This document shows, in pieces, positions 19,503 to 28,300 of a stretch of DNA of 64,000 nt. The notes under the pieces were generated by a model. That model saw only the letters and a list, made by a program, of their open reading frames with translations. It searched no databases and was not told where the DNA came from. The stretch lies in assembly GCA_964518565.1 (NCBI GenBank), contig CAZFGX010000001.1:203046-267045 (forward strand), given 5' to 3'. Each line of letters starts with the position of its first letter. The first letter of the stretch is position 1. Made by a program: the position numbers and the translations under genes. This stretch comes from an uncultured Gammaproteobacteria bacterium. GTDB lineage: Bacteria; Patescibacteriota; Microgenomatia; CAZETR01; Amesbacteraceae.

Positions 19503-20747
19503 ATGACAACTTTCAAAAAGAAAATTGCTGCTGCATTAACTTCTGGTGCAATGTTTTTGAGTATGACAAGTACAGCCTTTGCTTCTACCTCAATTGAAGT
19601 AACAGGAAATGGATATGATTCGTCAAATTCATCAAATGTAAGTGCTCAAACCTCAACAAATGTAGTCCAAGATAATTCAGCTTCAGTCTCAAACCGTGTC
19701 AGTTCTTCTAGTAATACTGGAGGAAACAAAGCCGATCAAAACACAAACGGCGATGTAATCATCCGCACAGGCGACGCTCAAACAAAAGTGAATGTCGACA
19801 ATATGCTAAACAGTAACAAAGCTATGCTTGATTGCTGCAGCACTGCAGGTGACACTGACGTAACTGTTTCTGGTAACGGTGCCAAGTCAAATAGTGATGT
19901 CTCTCTTTCAAAGGATGCAAACACTTCAGTGTTTCAAACCAATGTAGCAGATGTCAAAAATGATATTGACGCTATTGCCAAAACAGGTGAAAACCAAGCC
20001 AACCAGAATACTGGTGGAACCGTTAACGGTGGTGTTGCTATCCGTACAGGAGATGCAAGAACCAACGTTGATGTGGCTACTGCTGCCAACGTAAATGTGG
20101 CACAAGTAGGTGGTAACGGTCATGTCGCAGGTGACACTACTGCCAAAATCATTGGCAATGGTTACAACTCCGACAATAGTATCGACTTGAGTGAAAATAA
20201 CTCTACAAACGTTGTTCAAGACAACTATGCAGATGTATATAACTCAATCGAAGCCGATGCTAAAACTGGTTACAACAAAGCCAACCAAAACACTGGTGGT
20301 GATACACTCATTTACACTGGCGACGCCAAAGTAAATGTAGCCGTCGATAATATGGTTAACTTCAATTGGGCAAACGTTGATTGCGGATGCCAAATGAGTG
20401 ACCTCGCAGTAAAAGTCGCAGGAAATGGTGCCGATTCATGGAATGATGTTGCTGTCAGTCACGATAGCGCAAAAGACGCATTCCAAACCAACGATGCCAA
20501 CCTAGACAACTGGGTCGATGGAAATGCCAAAACTGGTGACAATTCAGTCAAACAAAGTACTGGTAGTGTCAATGGAGATCCAGCTATCTGGACCGGAGAT
20601 TCAGCTTCATCATTTGATGTAGCAAATTCTGGTAACTCCAACAGTTACGGTAGTGATATGCCTGCATCTTGGCCAAACATGTCAAACATGGATTTCCACT
20701 TTAGCTTTTCGCTAGGTGATCTCATGGCCTGGGCTGGTCATAACTAA
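19503..20747 (+). CDS. secreted Asn/Gly/Thr-rich repeat protein (paralog 1, 4 repeats)
   Basis: Signal peptide; four ~95-aa repeats with GNG..S.N, Q.N.A.V.N, TG.N.A.QNTGG, I.TGDA...V.V.N and CC/CGC pairs. Confidence 0.65.
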   Translation: MTTFKKKIAAALTSGAMFLSMTSTAFASTSIEVTGNGYDSSNSSNVSAQTSTNVVQDNSASVSNRVSSSSNTGGNKADQNTNGDVIIRTGDAQTKVNVDNMLNSNKAMLDCCSTAGDTDVTVSGNGAKSNSDVSLSKDANTSVFQTNVADVKNDIDAIAKTGENQANQNTGGTVNGGVAIRTGDARTNVDVATAANVNVAQVGGNGHVAGDTTAKIIGNGYNSDNSIDLSENNSTNVVQDNYADVYNSIEADAKTGYNKANQNTGGDTLIYTGDAKVNVAVDNMVNFNWANVDCGCQMSDLAVKVAGNGADSWNDVAVSHDSAKDAFQTNDANLDNWVDGNAKTGDNSVKQSTGSVNGDPAIWTGDSASSFDVANSGNSNSYGSDMPASWPNMSNMDFHFSFSLGDLMAWAGHN

Positions 20748-20759
20748 AATTTTTGTGTA

Positions 20760-20785
20760 GTGTCCCGCCAGATATGGCGGGACAC
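20760..20785 (+). other. perfect palindromic hairpin (11-bp stem, 4-nt loop)
   Basis: gtgtcccgcca-gata-tggcgggacac between paralog 1 stop and paralog 2 ATG (20810). Confidence 0.5.
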
Positions 20786-20809
20786 CCACAGAAATTAAAT
20801 ATATTTAAA

Positions 20810-22912
20810 ATGAAAAAAATTATTAGCTTACTCACCATTTTTATAGTTTTCTCTTCGCTGATTACTCCAGTATCGGCTCTAGAGACTCCTATCGCACCCA
20901 CTGCCCCAGATGCACCTATTGCCCCAACAAGTGAACCAGCACCCACTGCCCCTTCTGCTCCAGCAGCGCCAACCTCACCCTCACAACAACAAACAGAACC
21001 TACTCCACGTCCAACAAGATCACCCAGAACTGAAAATTCTTCAAGTACTGATTCATCTACAATGTCAAATCCAACACCAACGAGCGCTCCTGTTTTGACT
21101 CCGGCAACAACCCCTGCAAAAAATAATATAGTAACTGGAAACGATACAAATTCTGCAATATCTACTACAACTGGAAATTCAAACGCGACAGGAAGTTCGC
21201 AAAGCAGTTCTGCAGGTTCAAACTCAATAATAAATACCGAAAATGGTGCTTATTCAGAAAACCATGGGGTAATAAATCAAAATTCTGATTCACAGACTAT
21301 ACAAAATAACGATGCGAATGTTCAAAATGATTTAAATCAATCAAGTAATACAGGTAATAATTCAACCTCATTTTCCGTTGGTGATACAGCAATAAAAACC
21401 GGAGACTCAAATGTATCAGGTACCGTAATTAATAGCGTAAATACAAATATTGATGGAGTATCGGTAGCAGAGTTTAATATTGCTGACACGCAAAAAGGTG
21501 ATTATATTTTAGATTTCGCCAAAAACTGTATCAGTGGCTGTTCTAATGGTGCAAATTTGGCTCAAAACAGTGGAAACGGTGCATATTCACAAAACACCGC
21601 CAATATCGATAACAATCAAAATAACGCGACTTTTCAGTCAAATGACGCTACTGTCGGAAATAAATTAGTACTATCTGCTGATTCAGGTAACAATAACGCA
21701 AATTACAATACTGGAGGTAGTTCTCAAATCCAAACTGGAGATGCAAATGTTTCAGCGAATGCACTAACGTTTGCAAACAATAATTTAAATGGAAATGTGT
21801 TGTATGGAGTCGTAAACATTTATGGTGATTTATATGGCGATATCCTTTTTCCAGAAGAAATTATCTCAAATGCAAATAATGGCGCAAATTCAAATAATCA
21901 AAGTTCAATCGCAACAAATAATACAAACCAAACCTTCCAAAGTAATAATGCAGATCTAGATAATACGGTACTAATAAATGCCAACACCGGCGACAATAGC
22001 ACCACAGGCAATACAGGTGGCGATTCCGGAGTTCTTACTGGAAACGCAAATGTAACAACACAAACACTAAATGTGGCAAACAATAATATTGATAGTGGTA
22101 CTACCTGGTTAGTGTTAGTCAACCAAGCTGGAAATTGGCTAGGACAAATAGTCGGGGCGGCCGGATCAAATTACGCAGGTTCTATAGGCACTCAATTTTC
22201 AGTGTCGCCATCAGGTGCAATTACTGCCTCAAACACTGGAAATGGTTCAGGTTCAGATAATCAAACAAACATTAATCAAACAAATACCAATGTCACCAGT
22301 CAATCAAACAATGTAAATGTGCAAAATGTACTAGATCTATCAGCAAATACTGGAAATAATAGTGCCAATTACAATACGGGCGGGGATTCTGCAATAAAAA
22401 CAGGTGACGCAAATATCGTTGCAAACTTAGTAAACTTTGTAAATAACAACGTTTCTTCAAGTGGTAAGTTAGTTGTAACAGTCGTAAACGTTTTTGGTTC
22501 ATGGGTAGGAGACCTGGTAACCCCTGGACAAAAGCAACAAAAATATACATCAGCAGCTCCAGCTCCTGTTGGCGGCGCAGCCATTCAAACGAACAATATA
22601 GTACCAGTATCTACATCTGCCGCCACCCCTACGCCAACTGTTGCAACCAGCATACTTGTCCAATCCAGCTCCAAATCGGATTCTACTCAAAACGTTACAA
22701 AAAATATTTCAAACACAAATAGGAGTAAAGTGTTGAGTCTGAATACGTCAAAAACAAATGACTCAAGTATTGATGAACCCGCAGTCTCATCTATTCAGCT
22801 TGCTCAGCCACAAAAAAAGATCGTCAAAATAAATTTGGCCTGGCTAATATTAAGCTTGCCATTAATTGGAGTAGGTATTTTAGTGAAAAAACTTCGTGTT
22901 CGAAAAAGCTAA
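20810..22912 (+). CDS. secreted Asn-rich repeat protein (paralog 2) with Pro/Ala linker and C-terminal TM anchor
   Basis: Track start 20753 is TTG; ATG 20810 gives signal peptide; 'APTAPDAPIAPTSEPAPTAPSAP' linker; repeats 'TGNNSANYNTGGDSAIKTGDANIVANLVNFVNNN'; C-term 'LAWLILSLPLIGVGILVKKLRVRKS'. Confidence 0.65.
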   Translation: MKKIISLLTIFIVFSSLITPVSALETPIAPTAPDAPIAPTSEPAPTAPSAPAAPTSPSQQQTEPTPRPTRSPRTENSSSTDSSTMSNPTPTSAPVLTPATTPAKNNIVTGNDTNSAISTTTGNSNATGSSQSSSAGSNSIINTENGAYSENHGVINQNSDSQTIQNNDANVQNDLNQSSNTGNNSTSFSVGDTAIKTGDSNVSGTVINSVNTNIDGVSVAEFNIADTQKGDYILDFAKNCISGCSNGANLAQNSGNGAYSQNTANIDNNQNNATFQSNDATVGNKLVLSADSGNNNANYNTGGSSQIQTGDANVSANALTFANNNLNGNVLYGVVNIYGDLYGDILFPEEIISNANNGANSNNQSSIATNNTNQTFQSNNADLDNTVLINANTGDNSTTGNTGGDSGVLTGNANVTTQTLNVANNNIDSGTTWLVLVNQAGNWLGQIVGAAGSNYAGSIGTQFSVSPSGAITASNTGNGSGSDNQTNINQTNTNVTSQSNNVNVQNVLDLSANTGNNSANYNTGGDSAIKTGDANIVANLVNFVNNNVSSSGKLVVTVVNVFGSWVGDLVTPGQKQQKYTSAAPAPVGGAAIQTNNIVPVSTSAATPTPTVATSILVQSSSKSDSTQNVTKNISNTNRSKVLSLNTSKTNDSSIDEPAVSSIQLAQPQKKIVKINLAWLILSLPLIGVGILVKKLRVRKS

Positions 22913-22951
22913 AAAAACACGTCCTAAATAATTAGGACGTGTTCTTTTTTT
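22910..22951. terminator. bidirectional intrinsic terminator between convergent paralogs
   Basis: A7-acacgtcctaa-ataa-ttaggacgtgt-TCTTTTTTT. Confidence 0.65.
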
Positions 22952-22959
22952 AAGAGCAA

Positions 22960-23553
22960 TTATAGCGAGTTACTTGCTCCTGCAACCACAACTTCCACTT
23001 GTGACGTTGTTGAACCAGTACTGATCTCAACCCCATTTCCTGTATTTAGCTTTGATTTATTTTTACCAGTAGAAGCTTTTGATGTAATCGCGTTCGACAC
23101 TTTAGTTTTTGACTTTTGTTCAGTAATCAAGGCTTTAGCTGAAGAAACCTCGACTTTATTTTTGGATTTTGCTCCATTTCCATCCACTAAAATATCTACA
23201 ACCGTCTCACTGCAACCACAACAAGAAGGCGCAGTAGCGGTATTTTCGCCGCCAATCACACTGACAGATACACTTGATGTTGCATCACCTGTATCGATCG
23301 AATTTAGACCACCAGTATTCATATTTGCAGTATTACTGCCTGTCGATGACGAAGATGAAATAGAATTAGTCACCACAGTACTGCTCATTTGAGTAACTGA
23401 TGAAACACAATCCATTGACATGGCAATTTTATTGTGTGACATAGCTCCATTTCCAGTTATTTCAACTGAAGCAAACGCGGCACTGGTAGCGGAAACAAGC
23501 AGCATTCCCGCACCAGCTGTTACAACTGCAAATCTTTTAATCAGAAAAGTCAT
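22960..23553 (-). CDS. secreted Asn/Gly/Ser-rich repeat protein (paralog 3)
   Basis: AGGAGG 7 nt upstream of ATG (MTFLIKRF...); signal peptide; 'ITGNGAMSHN', 'NTGGLNSIDTGDATSSVSV', 'SCCGCSET', 'VDGNGAKSKN' motifs shared with paralogs 1 and 2. Confidence 0.6.
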   Translation of the reverse strand: MTFLIKRFAVVTAGAGMLLVSATSAAFASVEITGNGAMSHNKIAMSMDCVSSVTQMSSTVVTNSISSSSSTGSNTANMNTGGLNSIDTGDATSSVSVSVIGGENTATAPSCCGCSETVVDILVDGNGAKSKNKVEVSSAKALITEQKSKTKVSNAITSKASTGKNKSKLNTGNGVEISTGSTTSQVEVVVAGASNSL

Positions 23554-23624
23554 ATATATCACCTCCTTTCGTCTCTTATTTTAATTTAAATAATCAAAGC
23601 ATAATCTGTCAACCAACAAATCAC

Positions 23625-23654
23625 TTGACGGTGCTCATACTTGAATCCCATAAT
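23625..23654 (+). promoter_or_regulatory. putative promoter TTGACG-18-CATAAT
   Basis: Ends 7 nt before ATG 23662, suggesting a leaderless or short-leader transcript. Confidence 0.25.
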
Positions 23655-23661
23655 AGGCTTC

Positions 23662-24519
23662 ATGCATTTATTTGCTCCTCATCATACGAACAATCAAAGG
23701 GCAAAACTTCTTCATCCAACAGGCCTTTTAATTTTACTATTCATGATTGTTGGTATTCAGGTAATACTAAGATCAACTGCCCATTATTTACCTCAGGTAT
23801 TAGGATATGCCGCTCAAATACCTAGCTCAGAAATAATTCGTTTAACAAATATAGAGCGTCAGCAACGAGGTCTTTCAGAATTAAAATTCGATGAAAAATT
23901 ATCTCAGGCAGCACAAAAAAAAGCAGTAGACATGTTCTCTAAAGATTATTGGGCCCACGTTTCTCCTGTCGGCACACAGCCTTGGTTTTTTATCACCGAT
24001 GCAGGCTATTCATACAGATATGCAGGCGAAAATTTAGCTCGCGACTTCACTGACCCAAATTCTGTAGTTCAGGCTTGGCTCGCCTCTCCTTCTCATCGAG
24101 AAAATGTATTAAATAATCGATACCAAGATATAGGTGTTGCAGTAGTTGATGGAAAATTAGGTGGAAGAGAGACAACTTTAGTTGTTCAAATGTTTGGCAC
24201 AAAGTTGTCTGCTCAAACTCAACCAAGGTTAACCGACGCCACTTCAATCAATGTAAAGGCTGCTGAACCACTTCCTACTACTCGACCCAAACCAAACTCC
24301 TTGGGCGCGTCTACAAACTTACAAGTCTCCCCATTTGATATTACAAAATATTTTGCTTTATTCGTGTTAAGTCTGCTATTAGTTGTATTAATAATTGATA
24401 TTTTTGTAGTAAATCGAAAAAATCTCGTTCGCTGGACCAGCAAAAGCCTGGCTCATTTAATTTTTGTAGTTGTTATAATCACAGCTGCTGCATTAATTGT
24501 TAGAGGTCAAATCATTTAA
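23662..24519 (+). CDS. CAP/SCP (YkwD-like) domain protein with C-terminal TM
   Basis: 'YWAHVSPVG...YAGENLA...WLASPSHRENVLN' CAP motifs; track start 23641 is TTG. Confidence 0.55.
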   Translation: MHLFAPHHTNNQRAKLLHPTGLLILLFMIVGIQVILRSTAHYLPQVLGYAAQIPSSEIIRLTNIERQQRGLSELKFDEKLSQAAQKKAVDMFSKDYWAHVSPVGTQPWFFITDAGYSYRYAGENLARDFTDPNSVVQAWLASPSHRENVLNNRYQDIGVAVVDGKLGGRETTLVVQMFGTKLSAQTQPRLTDATSINVKAAEPLPTTRPKPNSLGASTNLQVSPFDITKYFALFVLSLLLVVLIIDIFVVNRKNLVRWTSKSLAHLIFVVVIITAAALIVRGQII

Positions 24520-24521
24520 TT

Positions 24522-24800
24522 ATGAATAAAGTTATATTTGAAAAAGATTTAAGCAAACATCCTCTCCACTATTTTGTTCTTTTATGTTTGCAAATTATTG
24601 GTTTATGGGGAATTTTTTGGTTTAGTTATAGACCAGTGCTTCAATTTATAACAATTATATATATGGGGATTGGATATGTGACCTGGGGCATAATTCATCA
24701 TAAAATTCATAAAGATCTTCATATAAAAATTGTCCTCGAATATATATTATTTGCTACAATATTGATCACGTTATTTAGTTCACTAATTTTTCGATCTTGA
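24522..24800 (+). CDS. small membrane protein (hypothetical)
   Basis: 92 aa, 3 hydrophobic helices. Confidence 0.35.
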   Translation: MNKVIFEKDLSKHPLHYFVLLCLQIIGLWGIFWFSYRPVLQFITIIYMGIGYVTWGIIHHKIHKDLHIKIVLEYILFATILITLFSSLIFRS

Positions 24801-25363
24801 AATATCGTTTACAAATCTCTATTGAACTGCCTGAAAATCTCTATTCAACTGTTGAAGAGATTCAAAAAAAACTTGAAGGAGTTAGTCCATTAATAAAATC
24901 TATACCGGTAGATCAAATTCAATTAGTCCTGAACAATCTGGGGTTGATAGAAGAACAGCGTTTACCCGGACTCACCAAAAAACTATCCGAGACCATCGAG
25001 CAATTTTCCAGTATAAATATACAACCATATTTTATTAGTACATTATATAAGCGCCACGACCCTTCTTGTATTTATCTAGAACCAGTTGGCGATATCGCAC
25101 AAATAAAAGAGATTCAAAAAAATATCAGCCAACAATTATCTCTTTTGTCTTTGCCTTCTCAAAATAAATTCTCCGCCCTATTCCCATTAGCTGAAATTAA
25201 CAAGCAAGATCCTACTACTGTCAAACAAGTACTCGATAAAATTCAAAACTTCGAAATTCAACCTCTGGATGTAATTCATGTAACACATGTGTCTCTATAC
25301 CAGGCTGTTTCAAAACTAGATATCTCTAACACAAAAAAAATAGGCGAATTTACGCTCGAGTAG
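24797..25363 (+). CDS. hypothetical protein (TTG start)
   Basis: 188 aa ORF in operon context; no convincing motif; weak 2H-phosphoesterase-like 'HVTHVSL'. Confidence 0.3.
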   Translation: MKYRLQISIELPENLYSTVEEIQKKLEGVSPLIKSIPVDQIQLVLNNLGLIEEQRLPGLTKKLSETIEQFSSINIQPYFISTLYKRHDPSCIYLEPVGDIAQIKEIQKNISQQLSLLSLPSQNKFSALFPLAEINKQDPTTVKQVLDKIQNFEIQPLDVIHVTHVSLYQAVSKLDISNTKKIGEFTLE

Positions 25364-25997
25364 ACTCTCTCCAGGCAACAATCTTTTTATGGTTTCCCGA
25401 TAAGAGAATTTCAGGAACTTTCCAAGACTTATAAACTTCAGGTCGTGTGTACTGTGGATACTCAACGCCATCTTCATTGTGGGACTCTTCGATCAAAGAT
25501 TGGGAATTACCAAGTGCATTAGGAAGCAATCGGACAACTGAATCAACCAATACCATTGCAGCAATCTCTCCGCCAGACAATACATAATCGCCGATAGAAA
25601 TAATTTCATCAGCTATATGCTCATGAATCCGATGATCCACGCCTTCATAATGACCACAAATAATAATCATGTCTGAGTATGTAGACATTTTTTTTGCCAC
25701 AACCTGAGAATATTTTTTTCCTGTCGCATCGGTTAAAACCACCTTGGTTTCAGAATTGTTATTATGATGAACTCTTTTTATATCCGAAATTGCCTGATCT
25801 ATTAGATCGACTCGTAAAATCATTCCTGCCCCTCCTCCATATGGCTTGTCATCAACAGATTTATACGTATCGGTTGCCCAGTCGCGCAAATTTCGTATAT
25901 TGATACTGACTATACCTTTATCTTTAGCTCTCTTGATGATAGAAGTATCAAAAACAGAAAAGCCTTCGGGAAACAAAGATAAAATGGTTATGTTCAT
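25350..25997 (-). CDS. trmD: tRNA (guanine37-N1)-methyltransferase TrmD
   Basis: 'ILSLFPEGF', 'YGGGAGMILRVD', 'ICGHYEGVD', 'SIGDYVLSGGEIAAMVLVD' motifs; alternative start 26003. Confidence 0.85.
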   Translation of the reverse strand: MNITILSLFPEGFSVFDTSIIKRAKDKGIVSINIRNLRDWATDTYKSVDDKPYGGGAGMILRVDLIDQAISDIKRVHHNNNSETKVVLTDATGKKYSQVVAKKMSTYSDMIIICGHYEGVDHRIHEHIADEIISIGDYVLSGGEIAAMVLVDSVVRLLPNALGNSQSLIEESHNEDGVEYPQYTRPEVYKSWKVPEILLSGNHKKIVAWRESTRA

Positions 25998-26032
25998 TAA
26001 CATATTATAAAATATTCAGCTATGATAATACT

Positions 26033-27169
26033 ATGAAAGTGATAATGGTCATAGGTGTATATAATGAAGCCGAAAGTACACCCAAACTTATAGATGAGCT
26101 AGCGAAAGTCGTACCGCAAATTAAAAATCACCAATTAGAATTTCTTTTTGTGGATGGAAATAGTCCCGATGGAACTGCAACAATAATTAGAAAATATCAA
26201 CAGAAATACCCGTGGATACATTTGTTAGTAGAAAAAGAAAAAAATGGTTTAGGAGCAGCATATGCCATCGGTATGACATACGCAATGAAAGAGCTCAAGG
26301 CCGATTTTGTCGGTGAAATGGACGGAGATCTACAACATCCGCCCATGGTACTAAAAAAGCTTATAGATGAAATTGACAATGGGTATGAGTTTGTTATTGC
26401 TTCGCGTTATATACAAGGCGGGGAAATCCCCAAAGACTGGGGGTTCAGTAGAAAATTTTTAAGTGTTGTTGGAAATTTGGTTGCCCGTGTTTTACTAGTC
26501 TTGCCCAGGGTCCACGATGTGACTGGTGGATACAAAATTTCTAAAGTAAAGGGTTTCATGGACGAATTCGATTTTAAAAAATTGCTATCAAAACGTTTTG
26601 CATACAAAGTACATCTACTTTTTTATATGATTCAAAAAGGAGCCAAGGTCAAAGAGGTTCCATTTTCGTTTGCACCACGCCTAGCTGACGAATCAAAGAT
26701 AGGCAAAAACGACCTACAAGAAACATTAAGGGTAATTTTTTGGCTCCAATTTTACAATCCAAAATTACGACGATTCCTAAAGTTTGGTATTGTCGGAGGA
26801 ACCGGCTTAGCTATTCAAACGACTTTCTTCGAAGTCCTATCAGTATTTACTCAAACGTTAACACCCGCAATCGCAACAGTTATTGGAGGGGAAGTTGCAA
26901 TTTTAAGTAATTTTATCCTAAACAACTTTTGGACCTTTAACCAATTTAAAGTCACCGGAATAAAAATGATTAGCAAATTTGTTCAATTTAATACTACATC
27001 ACTTATTGCCCTGACTATCCAATTTGCTATACTAAAAATTGGCGAACATGTAGCTGCAGGTAATAAAGTAGTTATTCAAGGATTTTATTTTGGTGCAATT
27101 ATTCTCGTTTTAATTACAAACTACTATATCTACAACAAATTTATCTGGAAAACGGCAAAAAAGGAGTAA
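26033..27169 (+). CDS. polyprenyl-phosphate glycosyltransferase (GT2, DPM1/GtrB-like) fused to GtrA-like domain
   Basis: 'VIGVYNEAES', 'DGNSPDGT', 'EMDGDLQHPP'; C-terminal 'KFGIVGGTGLAIQ' 4-TM GtrA module. Confidence 0.7.
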   Translation: MKVIMVIGVYNEAESTPKLIDELAKVVPQIKNHQLEFLFVDGNSPDGTATIIRKYQQKYPWIHLLVEKEKNGLGAAYAIGMTYAMKELKADFVGEMDGDLQHPPMVLKKLIDEIDNGYEFVIASRYIQGGEIPKDWGFSRKFLSVVGNLVARVLLVLPRVHDVTGGYKISKVKGFMDEFDFKKLLSKRFAYKVHLLFYMIQKGAKVKEVPFSFAPRLADESKIGKNDLQETLRVIFWLQFYNPKLRRFLKFGIVGGTGLAIQTTFFEVLSVFTQTLTPAIATVIGGEVAILSNFILNNFWTFNQFKVTGIKMISKFVQFNTTSLIALTIQFAILKIGEHVAAGNKVVIQGFYFGAIILVLITNYYIYNKFIWKTAKKE

Positions 27170-28235
27170 AGTTAGAAATATCCAAGGCATTATTTCTTAC
27201 AAAATTTAACGTATACAAAAATAGAGGTATAGTCAAGAAAAGTAAAATTAGCTTCACTTCCTTTCTCGCCAAAAAATCTTCCAGTCCCAAAAGTACAACT
27301 GGTACCAAGGGTAGAGCATAACGGCTAATATCTCGATGCGAAACAAAAAGAATCGAGCCATAAAAAACCAAACCAAACCACCCCCAAACTTTGTGCATTC
27401 GAAATGTTTGCCAAATTCCTATTGCGCCAATCAAGTATATCCACAAAATATCTTCTAGCCAAAATGTACCCACCCACGATTGTGAGCTATCAAATACTTT
27501 AAACGGTAAAAGTTGTAAATGGATGTTATCTCCTGAATGAAAATAAGCCAAAAAATCCCCAGTCTGAAAATAATAGATACCAAACACGCCAAGAAGGCCT
27601 AAAGGAATAAAACATAAGAATACATATTTCCAATTAATCTTTTTTGTATTGAAAAGATTAAACAACGCATATAACCCGTAACTCACAAACAACAAAATAC
27701 CTGGACTCTTAGTAAATGTAGCCAATGCACCAAAAATTCCTGACCAAAAAAATTTCTTTTTTTCAAAAGAAAACAAAGATAAAACTATAAATAATAAAAA
27801 CAACGGCTCAGGGCTGGATATGGATCGAACTGCCCACATTCTGGGCCAGAAAAATAAACCTATCAGCGCCAAGGATAAAGCATGTTTGATGCCCAGTTTT
27901 AGATATACAACATACAAAACTACGCCATACAAAATACTCACACCGAACGTAGAAATTACTCCCGCGGTAAGCAAATTTGTTTGAGTTAAAAAACTTACCG
28001 CTCGAATTAATATGGGGAAAAGCGGAAAATGTGCAGCATAATATTCACTCGGTAGCGGAAAAGAAAATAAAGATTCAATACAAGATTTTTCATATCCACA
28101 ACGAGCAACTACAGAATAATAAGGTCCATCAAAATTTCTGTTGACAATAGATAATCCTGAAAAAATCCATAATATGACAGTTGACAGACCACATATCAAA
28201 AAAACTAGCAAAAGATCTTTCGCTCGAATCTTCAT
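27141..28235 (-). CDS. polytopic membrane protein, GT-C-like
   Basis: 364 aa, ~10 TM helices; convergent 29-nt overlap with upstream gene. Confidence 0.45.
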   Translation of the reverse strand: MKIRAKDLLLVFLICGLSTVILWIFSGLSIVNRNFDGPYYSVVARCGYEKSCIESLFSFPLPSEYYAAHFPLFPILIRAVSFLTQTNLLTAGVISTFGVSILYGVVLYVVYLKLGIKHALSLALIGLFFWPRMWAVRSISSPEPLFLLFIVLSLFSFEKKKFFWSGIFGALATFTKSPGILLFVSYGLYALFNLFNTKKINWKYVFLCFIPLGLLGVFGIYYFQTGDFLAYFHSGDNIHLQLLPFKVFDSSQSWVGTFWLEDILWIYLIGAIGIWQTFRMHKVWGWFGLVFYGSILFVSHRDISRYALPLVPVVLLGLEDFLARKEVKLILLFLTIPLFLYTLNFVRNNALDISNFTPFLPFSR

Positions 28236-28300
28236 TAAATCATCTTAGCGTACTAGTAAAACAGTTAGCAACTCCAGGCTAAAACTGGTATGATTGGCTC

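Noticed and set aside
19503-23553. Calling the Asn/Gly-rich repeat proteins bona fide curli CsgA homologs
   Set aside because: Only the residue periodicity is reminiscent. The repeat is ~95 aa rather than ~22 aa, and no csgB/csgG/csgE/csgF-like genes are nearby. They are reported as a candidate novel family instead.
24797-25363. 2'-5' RNA ligase/LigT (2H phosphoesterase) call for the 188-aa ORF
   Set aside because: Only one weak H-x-T-like motif ('HVTHVSL') is present. The first motif position has Q instead of H. Evidence is insufficient, so it is left as hypothetical.
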